In this document: positions 7,679 through 16,827 of the stretch, in pieces
How positions within the stretch are numbered: position 1 is the stretch's first letter
Layout: every line of letters begins with the position of its first letter
Assembly (NCBI GenBank): GCA_037379985.1
Contig: JARRIY010000001.1
Coordinates: 1-63,929, forward strand
Length of the DNA: 63,929 nt
From: Maritimibacter sp.
GTDB lineage: Bacteria > Pseudomonadota > Alphaproteobacteria > Rhodobacterales > Rhodobacteraceae
Direction: 5' to 3'
The notes under the pieces: generated by a model
Databases searched by the model: none
Told to the model about the DNA's origin: nothing
What the model saw: only the letters and a program-made list of their open reading frames with translations
Position numbers and translations under genes: made by a program

Positions 7679-10600
7679 ATGGCATATCAGGTGAAGACAC
7701 GGGATCCGATTTTCGACAGTACCACGCAGGCCCTGCTTGAGCAGCGCGGCAAAGAGCTTATCGGCGTTGCCCTGGTGCTGGTCGCGCTGGTTCTTGCGCT
7801 GGCAATCGGGTCATATTCACCCGACGATCCGGGCTGGCTGTCGGCCACGCAGGGGGCATCGCATAACCTGCTGGGCGGGGTCGGGGCGGCCATCGCCTCG
7901 CCGCTGGCGGTGATCCTCGGCAAAGGCGCCTGGGCGACTGTCATTGCCTTCGCAGCTTGGGGGCTGCGCTTCATCCTGCATCACGGTGATGATCGGGTCA
8001 TGTCCCGGGCGATTTTCGTGCCCATCGCCGTGGCGCTTGCCGCCGCCTATGCCTCGACCCTGGTTCCCGGGCCGGGTTGGAGCCACACATTCGGCCTTGG
8101 CGGCTTGTTTGGCGATACGGTTCTGGGTGCAGTGCTGGGCGTGCTTCCGGTCGATCCGGCTTTCGGCATCAAATTCATGTCGCTCATCGTCGGGCTGATG
8201 ATGCTGGCTGTCGGCGGGTTTTCCATTGGTGTGACCTTTGCCGAACTGCGCCGCTTTGGCCGCTTCCTGCTGACCGGCGTTGTTCTCACCTATGCCGGGA
8301 TCATGGCGGCGACCCGTTTTGGTCTGCGCAGCAGTGCGAAAGGCGCTGTTGGTGGCATGCGCTACATGCAAGCACGTCGGGCGGAACAGCGCGCCGAACG
8401 GGCTGCCTGGCAGGCGCAGGATGAATTCTGTGAGCATGAACATGAGCTTGCCGAGATCGACGCTGGCGAGTTTTCGGCCCCGCCGCCGCTGAATACGCGA
8501 GTGCGTCGTGCTGAACCGCCTGTTATGGGCCAGCCCCATACCGAAGCGCCGCGTAGTGAAGCTCTGGTGGCGGAACGTGTACAACCCGAACCGGCCCCGC
8601 GTCAGGGACTTTTGGCCCGGCTGCGCCGTTCGGCCGATGCTGCGCCGAGCGAACAAGATGAATATGCCATTCACGGCGATGACCTGGCCGAAGGTGTTGA
8701 TCCGTCGGATCGGATCAGTGCCAAAATTGCCCATGCCCTGCGCAGTCGCGACGGCAGCCCCGAACCTGTCACTGCGCCCGCCGATCATCATGCGGAAGAA
8801 CCGATGTCGCCCATGGCGGCGGCGATTGCCGGGGCAGCGGCCCGAGCCCGCGAACGTCAGGCCCTGCAAGTGGCCGAAGCTGCACATCGGGCTGAGCCTC
8901 CGGTCATGCGTCAAGCTGGTGCCGCGCCCGCAGCCCACGCATTGCCGCGCGAGCCGATGCTGGAAGAAAACAATATCTTCGTGCGCGATCTGGACGAGCC
9001 GCTGGTCGAGTCGGAGGCCGGTGAGGACTGGTGGAATGGTCTTCCCGGCGATTTCGAGCCGGATCATGAAGCCAGCTTTCTGGCGGCCAATCCGGAGCTG
9101 ACAGCCCAACCGGTGCATCCGGTGCCCGTGCCTGCCATCCCTGAAGCGCGCAAAGTGGTGCAGCACAACACCCGCAAAACCGCGCCTTCGACCCGCGCGC
9201 AGGCCGAGGCGCAGCCGACGCTGAATTTCGGTGAACCGGAGCAGTATTACGAGCTGCCACCGCTCAACCTGCTGACCAGTCCGGATTCGATCCAGCGTCA
9301 TCATCTTTCCGATGACGCTCTGGAAGAGAATGCCCGGATGCTGGAAAGTGTGCTCGATGATTACGGCATCAAGGGCGAGATCGTTTCGGTGCGCCCCGGT
9401 CCGGTTGTAACCATGTATGAGCTGGAACCGGCTCCGGGCCTGAAGGCCAGCCGGGTGATTGGTCTGGCTGACGACATTGCCCGCTCGATGTCGGCGCTGT
9501 CGGCCCGTGTTTCCACCGTGCCCGGGCGCAGCGTGATCGGGATCGAACTGCCGAACGCACAACGCGAAAAAGTGGTGCTGCGCGAAATCCTTTCGGCCCG
9601 CGACTATGGCGACAGCAATATGAAACTGCCGCTGGCGCTGGGCAAGGATATCGGCGGCGATCCGATTGTTGCCAACCTCGCCAAGATGCCCCACCTGCTG
9701 ATCGCGGGGACCACCGGCTCGGGTAAATCCGTGGCGATCAACACGATGATCCTCAGCCTGCTCTATCGGCTGACACCGGAAGATTGCCGGTTGATCATGA
9801 TCGACCCGAAAATGCTCGAACTGTCTGTCTATGACGGCATCCCGCATCTGCTCAGCCCGGTTGTGACCGACCCCAAAAAGGCGGTTGTTGCGCTGAAATG
9901 GGTCGTCGGCGAGATGGAAGAGCGCTATCGCAAAATGTCGAAAATGGGCGTGCGCAATATCGTGGGCTATAATGGCCGCGTGGCCGATGCGCTGTCGAAA
10001 GGCGAAATGTTCTCGCGCACCGTGCAGACCGGGTTTGAAGAGGAAACCGGCGAGCCAATCTTTGAGACCGAAGAGTTCGAGCCGAAGAAGCTGCCCTATA
10101 TTGTGGTTATCGTTGATGAGATGGCCGACCTGATGATGGTGGCGGGCAAGGAAATCGAAGCCGCGATCCAGCGTCTGGCGCAAATGGCGCGGGCCTCGGG
10201 GATCCACCTGATCATGGCCACCCAGCGGCCATCGGTCGACGTGATCACCGGCACGATCAAGGCCAACTTCCCGACCCGGATCAGCTTCCAGGTGACATCG
10301 AAAATCGACAGCCGCACCATTCTGGGCGAGCAAGGGGCCGAGCAGCTTCTGGGCATGGGCGATATGCTCTACATGGCCGGTGGCGCGCGCATTACCCGTG
10401 TGCATGGGCCGTTCGTGAGCGATGAAGAGGTCGAAGAGATTGTGAATTATCTCAAGTCCTTCGGCGCTCCAGAATATGTTTCGGGTGTGGTTGAAGGCCC
10501 CGATGAAGACAAAGCCGCCGATATCGACGCGGTTCTGGGGCTCAGCACGGGCGGCAACACCAATGGCGAGGATGCGCTTTACGATCAGGCCGTGGCTATT

Positions 10601-10762
10601 GTGATCAAGGATCGCAAATGCTCGACCTCCTACATCCAGCGCAAGCTTGGCATCGGCTATAACAAGGCCGCGCGTCTGGTGGAGCAGATGGAAGATGAAC
10701 AGCTCGTCAGCCCCGCCAACCATGTGGGCAAGCGCGACATTCTGGTGCCGGAACAAGCCTGA
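7679..10762 (+). CDS. ftsK: DNA translocase FtsK
   Basis: N-terminal TM region, long Ala/Pro/Glu-rich linker, Walker [21 protein letters not shown] and gamma domain [17 protein letters not shown]. Confidence 0.97.
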   Translation: MAYQVKTRDPIFDSTTQALLEQRGKELIGVALVLVALVLALAIGSYSPDDPGWLSATQGASHNLLGGVGAAIASPLAVILGKGAWATVIAFAAWGLRFILHHGDDRVMSRAIFVPIAVALAAAYASTLVPGPGWSHTFGLGGLFGDTVLGAVLGVLPVDPAFGIKFMSLIVGLMMLAVGGFSIGVTFAELRRFGRFLLTGVVLTYAGIMAATRFGLRSSAKGAVGGMRYMQARRAEQRAERAAWQAQDEFCEHEHELAEIDAGEFSAPPPLNTRVRRAEPPVMGQPHTEAPRSEALVAERVQPEPAPRQGLLARLRRSADAAPSEQDEYAIHGDDLAEGVDPSDRISAKIAHALRSRDGSPEPVTAPADHHAEEPMSPMAAAIAGAAARARERQALQVAEAAHRAEPPVMRQAGAAPAAHALPREPMLEENNIFVRDLDEPLVESEAGEDWWNGLPGDFEPDHEASFLAANPELTAQPVHPVPVPAIPEARKVVQHNTRKTAPSTRAQAEAQPTLNFGEPEQYYELPPLNLLTSPDSIQRHHLSDDALEENARMLESVLDDYGIKGEIVSVRPGPVVTMYELEPAPGLKASRVIGLADDIARSMSALSARVSTVPGRSVIGIELPNAQREKVVLREILSARDYGDSNMKLPLALGKDIGGDPIVANLAKMPHLLIAGTTGSGKSVAINTMILSLLYRLTPEDCRLIMIDPKMLELSVYDGIPHLLSPVVTDPKKAVVALKWVVGEMEERYRKMSKMGVRNIVGYNGRVADALSKGEMFSRTVQTGFEEETGEPIFETEEFEPKKLPYIVVIVDEMADLMMVAGKEIEAAIQRLAQMARASGIHLIMATQRPSVDVITGTIKANFPTRISFQVTSKIDSRTILGEQGAEQLLGMGDMLYMAGGARITRVHGPFVSDEEVEEIVNYLKSFGAPEYVSGVVEGPDEDKAADIDAVLGLSTGGNTNGEDALYDQAVAIVIKDRKCSTSYIQRKLGIGYNKAARLVEQMEDEQLVSPANHVGKRDILVPEQA

Positions 10763-10804
10763 GGCAGGCGTGATATCGCCTAACAGGACTGATTTTGACA
10801 AAAC

Positions 10805-10840
10805 AGAGCGCGGGCGGGATGCAATCGCCCGCGCTTTTTC
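10805..10840 (+). terminator. Intrinsic terminator after ftsK
   Basis: AGCGCGGGCG...CGCCCGCGCT stem followed by a T run. Confidence 0.6.
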
Positions 10841-10853
10841 CTAGGTAGGTGCT

Positions 10854-11453
10854 ATGAAACTGATCCGAATTGCCCTGACCGCGCTTCTGGCGCTGACCAC
10901 TTTCCCCGCCATGGCCAAAGAGCTGTCGCTGAGCCAGATATCGAATTATCTCAACAGCATCGGCACGCTTGAGGCCGAGTTCACCCAGATCAATGCCGAT
11001 CAAAGCATTTCGACCGGGACGATCAAGATCAAGCGCCCGGGCCGTGCGCGGTTTGAATATAACCCGCCGGAGCAGATTCTGGTCATCGCTGGTGGGCAGC
11101 AGCTTGCCGTGTTTGACGGCAAATCCAATACAGGGCCGGAGCAATATCCGCTCAGCGAGACCCCTCTCAATCTGATCCTGGGCAGCAATATCGACCTGTC
11201 GCGCAACGGCATGGTGGTGGATCACGGCTATGATGGTGTGGCTACGGTGGTGACGGCGCAGGATCCAGACTATCCGGAATACGGCAATATCCGCCTGAGC
11301 TTTACCGACAGCCCGGTGGCACTGCGGCAATGGGTGATTACCAATGGCGCGGGCGAAGAAACCACAGTGATCCTGGGCGAAACCACGACAGGCAAACGCT
11401 ACCCCACCGCGACCTTTTCGATCATGGCGGAAGTCAACAAACGCGGGCTGTAA
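10854..11453 (+). CDS. lolA: Outer membrane lipoprotein carrier protein LolA
   Basis: Signal peptide; FTQ, KRPGRARFEY and QYPLSETPL motifs; ftsK-lolA synteny. Confidence 0.9.
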   Translation: MKLIRIALTALLALTTFPAMAKELSLSQISNYLNSIGTLEAEFTQINADQSISTGTIKIKRPGRARFEYNPPEQILVIAGGQQLAVFDGKSNTGPEQYPLSETPLNLILGSNIDLSRNGMVVDHGYDGVATVVTAQDPDYPEYGNIRLSFTDSPVALRQWVITNGAGEETTVILGETTTGKRYPTATFSIMAEVNKRGL

Positions 11454-11492
11454 GCCCCGTTTGATTGGCGGATTTCAGGCGCGGGGCGCGGA

Positions 11493-11678
11493 TCAGTCTT
11501 CGATCCGCCGCGCCTCATCGACCAGCATGATCGGAATACCGTCACGGATCGGAAAGGCCAGTTTGGCCTTTTCGGAAATCAGTTCCTGCTTGTCCGCATC
11601 ATAGCTCAGCCGCGCCTGTGTCAGCGGGCAAACCAGGGCTTCCAGCATATGGCGATCAAAGGCGGGGGCGTCGTTCAT
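11493..11678 (-). CDS. Trm112 family protein (YcaR-like)
   Basis: LEALVCPLT...[12 protein letters not shown]. Confidence 0.92.
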   Translation of the reverse strand: MNDAPAFDRHMLEALVCPLTQARLSYDADKQELISEKAKLAFPIRDGIPIMLVDEARRIED

Positions 11679-12316
11679 TGCATCTTGTCCTCAGAGCTGC
11701 CGCCTTGCGAGGCGAGCGTAAACTGCATCAGGGCCACCAGCGTTTCGCGCCGCGTGGTCAGGGATGGCGCTTCCAGAAGCGCCTGCTTGTCTTCGGTGTC
11801 AAAGGGCAGGAGCATCGACAGGGAGTTGACCAGCAACTCGTCTTCCGCGTCTTTCAGACTGTCCCAATCCGTGCGCATTTCCGCGAGATCCAGAAACCGC
11901 GCCAGCAGATCAAGAAACGTGTCGCGGTTAAACGACTGATCATGCTCGATATTGCCCAGATCACGGATAAAGGGGTTCCAATCCGGTGTGGTGGTCATAT
12001 AGGGGGCAAAGCCCTCTTCCACCTCGCCCAGCCGAAACCGGCTGACCCCGGTGAGCGTGATCATATAGCGGTGATCGTCGGTCTCGGTGAAAGAGGTGAT
12101 CCGTCCGGCGCAGCCGATAGCATGCAGCCGGTCGCCGCTTTCATTGCTGGGCTGGATCATCCCGATCATCCGTTCGGGCGTTTTCAGCACATCGTCGAGC
12201 AGCGCCAGATAGCGCGGCTCGAAAATATGCAGGGGCAGCCGGGCGCGCGGCAGTAGCAGCGCCCCCGGCAGGGGAAACAGCGCCAGGCGCTCAGGCAGAT
12301 CGCGGCGCTGGCTCAT
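11675..12316 (-). CDS. Lon peptidase substrate-binding (LON N-terminal) domain protein
   Basis: [21 protein letters not shown] and GCAGRIT motifs. Confidence 0.92.
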   Translation of the reverse strand: MSQRRDLPERLALFPLPGALLLPRARLPLHIFEPRYLALLDDVLKTPERMIGMIQPSNESGDRLHAIGCAGRITSFTETDDHRYMITLTGVSRFRLGEVEEGFAPYMTTTPDWNPFIRDLGNIEHDQSFNRDTFLDLLARFLDLAEMRTDWDSLKDAEDELLVNSLSMLLPFDTEDKQALLEAPSLTTRRETLVALMQFTLASQGGSSEDKMQ

Positions 12317-12317
12317 C

Positions 12318-13226
12318 TCAGGCGAACAACATGGATGAGAGTTTGCGGCGCCCGGTCAGCATCACCGGATCATTCGGTGCGAGCGCATCGAAAATGGTGA
12401 AAAGTTGGGTTTTCGCGGCGCCATCGTTCCATTCCCGATCGCGCTTGAACAGCTCCAGCAGCTCATCCACCGCGCCCTGCACATCGCCTGCGGCATGCAG
12501 TGCCTGCGCAAGCTCATAGCGCGCCTGATGGTTGTCGGGAGTGGCCTCGACCTGACTGCGCAGATCATCCACTGGCCCGGCGCTTTCGGCCTGACGTGCC
12601 AGGGCAACCTTGGCAAAGGCGGCTTCGATCTCTGCCGACGCGCTGATATCTGCCGGGGCACCATTCAGCACCGCTTCGGCCTGATCCGGATCGCCCATCG
12701 CAATCTTGCATTGCGCTAGCCCGGCATAGGCGGCGGCCAGTTTTTCGTCTTCCTCAATGATCGCGGCAAATGTTTGCGCGGCATCTTCCAGCGCGCCTGC
12801 CTCAAGCATTTCGTATGCAGAGGCGACGGCAGCGGCCAGCGGGCCTTCGGTGCTGAGCGCTGCCATTTTCTCCACAAACTGGTTCACCTGGCTGGCGGGC
12901 AGGGCGCCCTGAAAGCCATCGACCGGCTGACCGTCGTGAAAGGCGTAAACCGTGGGGATCGACTGAATGCGCAGCTGACCGGCGATCTGCTGGTTTTCGT
13001 CGACATTCACCTTGACCATTTTCACCTTGCCGCCGGCGGCGTTTACCGCTGCTTCCAGTGCCGGTCCAAGCTGTTTGCAGGGGCCGCACCACGGCGCCCA
13101 GAAATCGACGATCACCGGCACCTCTTTCGAGGCGTCGATCACATCTTCCATGAAAGTGGCTTCGGTAATTTCCTTGACCAGTGCGCCTGCTTCAGGGGCG
13201 GCGCCGTTTTGTTCCAGTCCAAGCAT
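12318..13226 (-). CDS. cnoX: Thioredoxin-TPR chaperedoxin (YbbN/CnoX)
   Basis: DFWAPWCGPCKQL active site plus C-terminal TPR-like helices ending GRRKLSSMLF. Confidence 0.88.
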   Translation of the reverse strand: MLGLEQNGAAPEAGALVKEITEATFMEDVIDASKEVPVIVDFWAPWCGPCKQLGPALEAAVNAAGGKVKMVKVNVDENQQIAGQLRIQSIPTVYAFHDGQPVDGFQGALPASQVNQFVEKMAALSTEGPLAAAVASAYEMLEAGALEDAAQTFAAIIEEDEKLAAAYAGLAQCKIAMGDPDQAEAVLNGAPADISASAEIEAAFAKVALARQAESAGPVDDLRSQVEATPDNHQARYELAQALHAAGDVQGAVDELLELFKRDREWNDGAAKTQLFTIFDALAPNDPVMLTGRRKLSSMLFA

Positions 13227-13364
13227 CTGATGCTCCTTATATCGCGTTGGGCCCTATATGGGCTCCGCGCCCCCACTCTCCAACCCCGGCGAAGGAGCCG
13301 CGACGCTTTACCTCAATCTTGCAGCTATCTAACATCGCCATGCAACATATTGAAAGGCTAGCCT

Positions 13365-14003
13365 ATGACACGCGAGCTACTGATTTTCGGCGATTCCAAT
13401 ACCTATGGCGCGATCCCGATGACGGCACTGGGTGTGCCCGGTCGGTATGATGCTGAAACGCGCTGGCCTGATGTGGTGGCGCGCGAGCTGGCCCCCGACT
13501 GGGAGGTGGTGGCCGAAGGGCTGCCGGGCCGCACCGCACAATTCGACGATCCGGTGAACGGCGCACATATGAACGGTGGCACGGGGCTGCGCATTGCGCT
13601 GGAAAGTCATGGCCCGATCGACCAGCTGGTGATCATGCTGGGCACCAATGATGCCAAGAAACGTTTCATGGCCTCACCGGAAATGATCACCGCCGGGCTG
13701 GCCGGGCTGGTCGATTTGGCCCTGCATGACGATTACCAGCAACGCCATGGTGGCTTTGATGTGCTGTTGATCTGCCCGCCGCCGGTGATCGAGGTTGGGG
13801 TGCTGAATGGCGAGTTTCAGGATAGCGCAGCGGTTAGTCAGGGCCTTGCCCCGGTGCTGCGCGACTACTGCGCTAAACGCGGCATTGGTTTTTTCGATGC
13901 GGGCGAGGTGTTCGAGGTCAGCCCCGTTGATGGTGTGCATTACGAAGCCGAAGCGCATATCGCGCTGGGCAAAGCCGTCGCAAAGGCAATTAAGGCTGGG
14001 TAA
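13365..14003 (+). CDS. SGNH/GDSL hydrolase (arylesterase-like)
   Basis: FGDSNTYG, EGLPGRT, MLGTND and DGVH blocks. Confidence 0.92.
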   Translation: MTRELLIFGDSNTYGAIPMTALGVPGRYDAETRWPDVVARELAPDWEVVAEGLPGRTAQFDDPVNGAHMNGGTGLRIALESHGPIDQLVIMLGTNDAKKRFMASPEMITAGLAGLVDLALHDDYQQRHGGFDVLLICPPPVIEVGVLNGEFQDSAAVSQGLAPVLRDYCAKRGIGFFDAGEVFEVSPVDGVHYEAEAHIALGKAVAKAIKAG

Positions 14004-14039
14004 GCTTGCAGCCCGGCAGGTGCCGGGCTGCAAGCTTAC
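14000..14039. repeat. Perfect 19-bp inverted repeat between convergent genes
   Basis: GTAAGCTTGCAGCCCGGCA-GG-TGCCGGGCTGCAAGCTTAC; contains both TAA stops. Confidence 0.85.
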
Positions 14040-14824
14040 AGATCAAATTCCGCGAAAACCGGCGCGTGGTCGGAGGGTTGTTCCCAGCCCCTGACCGCGC
14101 GCAACACGCGGCTGTTATGCCCGGCTTCGGCGATATCGGGCGTTGCCCAAATGTGATCGAGCCGCCGGCCCTTATCGGCGGCGTCCCAATCTTTCGCCCG
14201 GTAGGACCACCAGGAATAAAGCTTCCCCTCGGGGATATTCTTGCGGGTGATGTCGACCCAGCCCCCGGCCTCTTGCGTTTCGGCCAGATGCTCCACCTCG
14301 ATGGGGGTGTGGCTGACGATTTTCAAAAGCTGCTTGTGGCTCCACACATCATCTTCGCGCGGGGCGATGTTGAGGTCGCCGACAAGGATCGACTTCTTGA
14401 ATTGCTCCTTGCGGAACCAATCGCGCATTTCGGTGAGGTAATCGAGCTTTTGCCCGAATTTCTCGTTCACCTCGCGGTCAGGCTTGTCGCCGCCCGCAGG
14501 CACGTAGAAATTATGCACCGTCACGCCGTTTTCGAGCTTGGCCGCGATATGACGGGCATGACCGAGGCTGGCGAAGTCTTCGCTGCCCACTTCCTCCAGC
14601 GGCATCTTTGACAGGATCGCGACCCCGTTATAGCCCTTCTGCCCGCGCGCGGCGACATGCCCATAGCCAAGGGCGGCAAAGGCTTCCAGCGGCATCTTTT
14701 CCACCGGGCTTTTGCATTCCTGCAGGCACAGCACATCGGGCGCTTCTTCCGTCATCAGCCTGGCGACCAGCGCCTCGCGCAGACGCACAGAGTTGATATT
14801 CCAGGTGGCAAGGGTGAAGCTCAT
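14036..14824 (-). CDS. xth: Exodeoxyribonuclease III
   Basis: ATWNINSVR, LCLQECK, GDLNIAP, YSWWSYR, RLDHIW and SDHAPV motifs. Confidence 0.95.
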   Translation of the reverse strand: MSFTLATWNINSVRLREALVARLMTEEAPDVLCLQECKSPVEKMPLEAFAALGYGHVAARGQKGYNGVAILSKMPLEEVGSEDFASLGHARHIAAKLENGVTVHNFYVPAGGDKPDREVNEKFGQKLDYLTEMRDWFRKEQFKKSILVGDLNIAPREDDVWSHKQLLKIVSHTPIEVEHLAETQEAGGWVDITRKNIPEGKLYSWWSYRAKDWDAADKGRRLDHIWATPDIAEAGHNSRVLRAVRGWEQPSDHAPVFAEFDL

Positions 14825-14863
14825 GAGGGTCTCCTGTTCGCTGTCAGGAGACCCTAACCCAGC

Positions 14864-15241
14864 TCAGCCGTAGCTCACAACCTCCCATTCCACGCCGTCG
14901 TGATCGTCGAAATAAAACCGCCGCCCGGGTTCGTAATCGGCATGGCTCTTGGGGGTGAACCCTTCGGCGACAGCCTTCGCTTCGATGGCGTCGAGATCAT
15001 CGACCACCACGCCCACATGGTTCAGCCCGCCGCGAATATGGTAGGTATCCACGGCTTCGCTGCTCTGATCCGGTGGCGCATAGGCGGCGATATAATGATC
15101 GTTGCTGCCGATATGAGCGGTCACGCCACCATTGATCGCCGGTCCCTTCCAGCGCAGGTTCCAGCCAAACACCCGGTTCAGCCAGGCAGCCGTCGCGTCG
15201 GGGTCGGCCACGGTGATGTTCACATGCTCAAGTCTTGCCAT
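14864..15241 (-). CDS. VOC/glyoxalase family protein
   Basis: LEHVNITV, LNHVGVVVDDLD and FYFDDHDGVEWEVV; divergent from soxR. Confidence 0.88.
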   Translation of the reverse strand: MARLEHVNITVADPDATAAWLNRVFGWNLRWKGPAINGGVTAHIGSNDHYIAAYAPPDQSSEAVDTYHIRGGLNHVGVVVDDLDAIEAKAVAEGFTPKSHADYEPGRRFYFDDHDGVEWEVVSYG

Positions 15242-15284
15242 CGAAATTACTCCTTGATTCGTCTTCGATGGGATGGTGATAATT

Positions 15285-15302
15285 CCTTAAGTTCACTTGA
15301 GG
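15285..15302. promoter_or_regulatory. SoxR operator (sox box) within a long-spacer promoter for the VOC gene
   Basis: CCTTAAGTTCACTTGAGG versus the canonical CCTCAAGTTAACTTGAGG; on the - strand TTGACC-19 nt-TATCAC, the MerR-type spacing. Confidence 0.85.
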
Positions 15303-15316
15303 TCAAAGGCTTTCTC

Positions 15317-15781
15317 ATGCCCCCCCGTCGCAATGAAATCACCATCGGTGCTCTGGCCGCGCGGACCGGCCTCGCCCATTCCGCAATCCGCTATTACGAA
15401 GAAGAAGGGCTGGTGCAGCCAGAGCGTACGGCGACGGGTCAGCGCCGTTTTCTGCGCTCCGATATTCGCCGCCTGTCTTTCGTGATGATCGCGCAGAAGC
15501 TCGGTTTTCCGCTCGCGCGTATTCGCAAGCTGCTCACGGCTTTGCCCGACGGGCGCACGCCAAATGCCCGTGACTGGGCGAAAATCTCGGCAGAAATCCG
15601 CAGCGATCTGGACGCGCGCATTGCCGAATTGGAGGCCCTGCGCGACAAGCTTGATGGCTGTGTCGGCTGCGGCTGTCTTTCGCTCGACAAGTGTGCGCTT
15701 TACAACCCTGACGATAGCGCGCGCAAGCTGGGGAATGGCCCACGCTATTTGATGGGCGATAGCTCGGCAGATATCGACTGA
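15317..15781 (+). CDS. soxR: Redox-sensitive transcriptional activator SoxR
   Basis: MerR HTH (SAIRYYE) and CVGCGCLSLDKC [2Fe-2S] motif; start reassigned to ATG 15317. Confidence 0.95.
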   Translation: MPPRRNEITIGALAARTGLAHSAIRYYEEEGLVQPERTATGQRRFLRSDIRRLSFVMIAQKLGFPLARIRKLLTALPDGRTPNARDWAKISAEIRSDLDARIAELEALRDKLDGCVGCGCLSLDKCALYNPDDSARKLGNGPRYLMGDSSADID

Positions 15782-15816
15782 TAACGAATATACCCTATAC
15801 CCGTTGCCCCCTATTC

Positions 15817-15928
15817 AAAAAAAGAGGCCCGGGAAAAACCCGGGCCAGTCCAACAGGGAGGATCCCGCATCATAACCCCGACGCGGACAGGGGATTCAAA
15901 AGACCGTCCCACGAAACACTTCGTGGTT
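15817..15928 (-). ncRNA. Candidate trans-acting small RNA (about 110 nt)
   Basis: Sigma70-like TTATTC-17-TATCTT upstream; 5' hairpin, middle hairpin, CCUCCC motif, and GGCCCGGG/CCCGGGCC terminator with U7; no ORF. Confidence 0.6.
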
Positions 15929-15987
15929 GAGTTTAAGATAGCCTAAAACATGGGCGAGAATAAGGCTGTTAAATGACCATGTGGCGC

Positions 15988-16674
15988 TTATGCCACAAGC
16001 CGGTATCCGCCGCTTTCGGTGATCAGCAAACGCGCATGCGAAGGATCGGGTTCGATCTTCTGGCGCAGCCTGTAGATATGGGTTTCCAGCGTATGCGTGG
16101 TGACGCCCGCATTATATCCCCAAACCTCATGCAGTAGCACATCGCGTGCGACAATTCCGTCCTGTGACCGATACAGGTATTTGAGAATATTGGTTTCTTT
16201 TTCCGTCAGTCGAATTTTTTTCTCGGTTTCGGTAATCAGCATTTTTTGCGACGGGCGGAAAGTATACGGCCCAAGCTGGAATATTGCGTCTTCGCTTTGC
16301 TCATGCTGACGCAGTTGCGCGCGAATGCGGGCCAGCAGTACCGGGAATTTGAACGGTTTGGTGACATAATCATTGGCACCCGCATCGAGGCCCAGAATTG
16401 TGTCAGCGTCGCTGTCATGCCCCGTCAGCATCAGCACCGGGCATTTCACCCCCTGCTTGCGCATCAGCTTGCACAGCTCGCGCCCGTCCGTATCGGGCAG
16501 GCCGACATCGAGGATCACCAGATCATAGATGTTTTCCTTGGCTTTCTGCATGGCCTCAGAGCCGTTACCGGCTTCAAACACCTCGAATTCCTCGGTCATG
16601 ACAAGCTGCTCGGCCAGCGCCTCGCGCAGGTCTTCGTCGTCATCGACCAGCAGGATGTTTTTCTGTGTGCTCAT
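15988..16674 (-). CDS. OmpR-family response regulator (orphan, no adjacent kinase)
   Basis: Receiver motifs LLVDDD, ILDVGLPD and KPF; winged-helix LTEKETNIL and LETHIYRLRQKIE. Confidence 0.93.
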   Translation of the reverse strand: MSTQKNILLVDDDEDLREALAEQLVMTEEFEVFEAGNGSEAMQKAKENIYDLVILDVGLPDTDGRELCKLMRKQGVKCPVLMLTGHDSDADTILGLDAGANDYVTKPFKFPVLLARIRAQLRQHEQSEDAIFQLGPYTFRPSQKMLITETEKKIRLTEKETNILKYLYRSQDGIVARDVLLHEVWGYNAGVTTHTLETHIYRLRQKIEPDPSHARLLITESGGYRLVA

Positions 16675-16827
16675 GGGTCATCTCCGTCTGTGCTTCCATC
16701 CATCTGTGCAGCTTTCACACGTCCGACAAGTTTTGCTGCAAACATCTCACGGCTTCGTGTCGATTTCGGCTGGAATGTTTCACAATTCCATGGAACGGCG
16801 TATCTAGAGTGAAACAAAGAGGACCAG

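Noticed and set aside
8380-9240. Long low-complexity Ala/Pro/Glu region within ftsK
   Set aside because: Normal variable FtsK linker; no intein or tandem-repeat signature
7817-10801. 994-aa ORF antisense to ftsK, and similar long antisense ORFs over leuS, the acyl-CoA dehydrogenase, ETF-QO, the TPR gene and phbAB
   Set aside because: Shadow frames expected from high-GC codon bias; no recognisable motifs, and they mirror well-supported genes
14900-15316. Apparent 139-aa N-terminal extension of SoxR in the ORF track
   Set aside because: Overlaps the VOC gene and the sox box; the true start is ATG 15317
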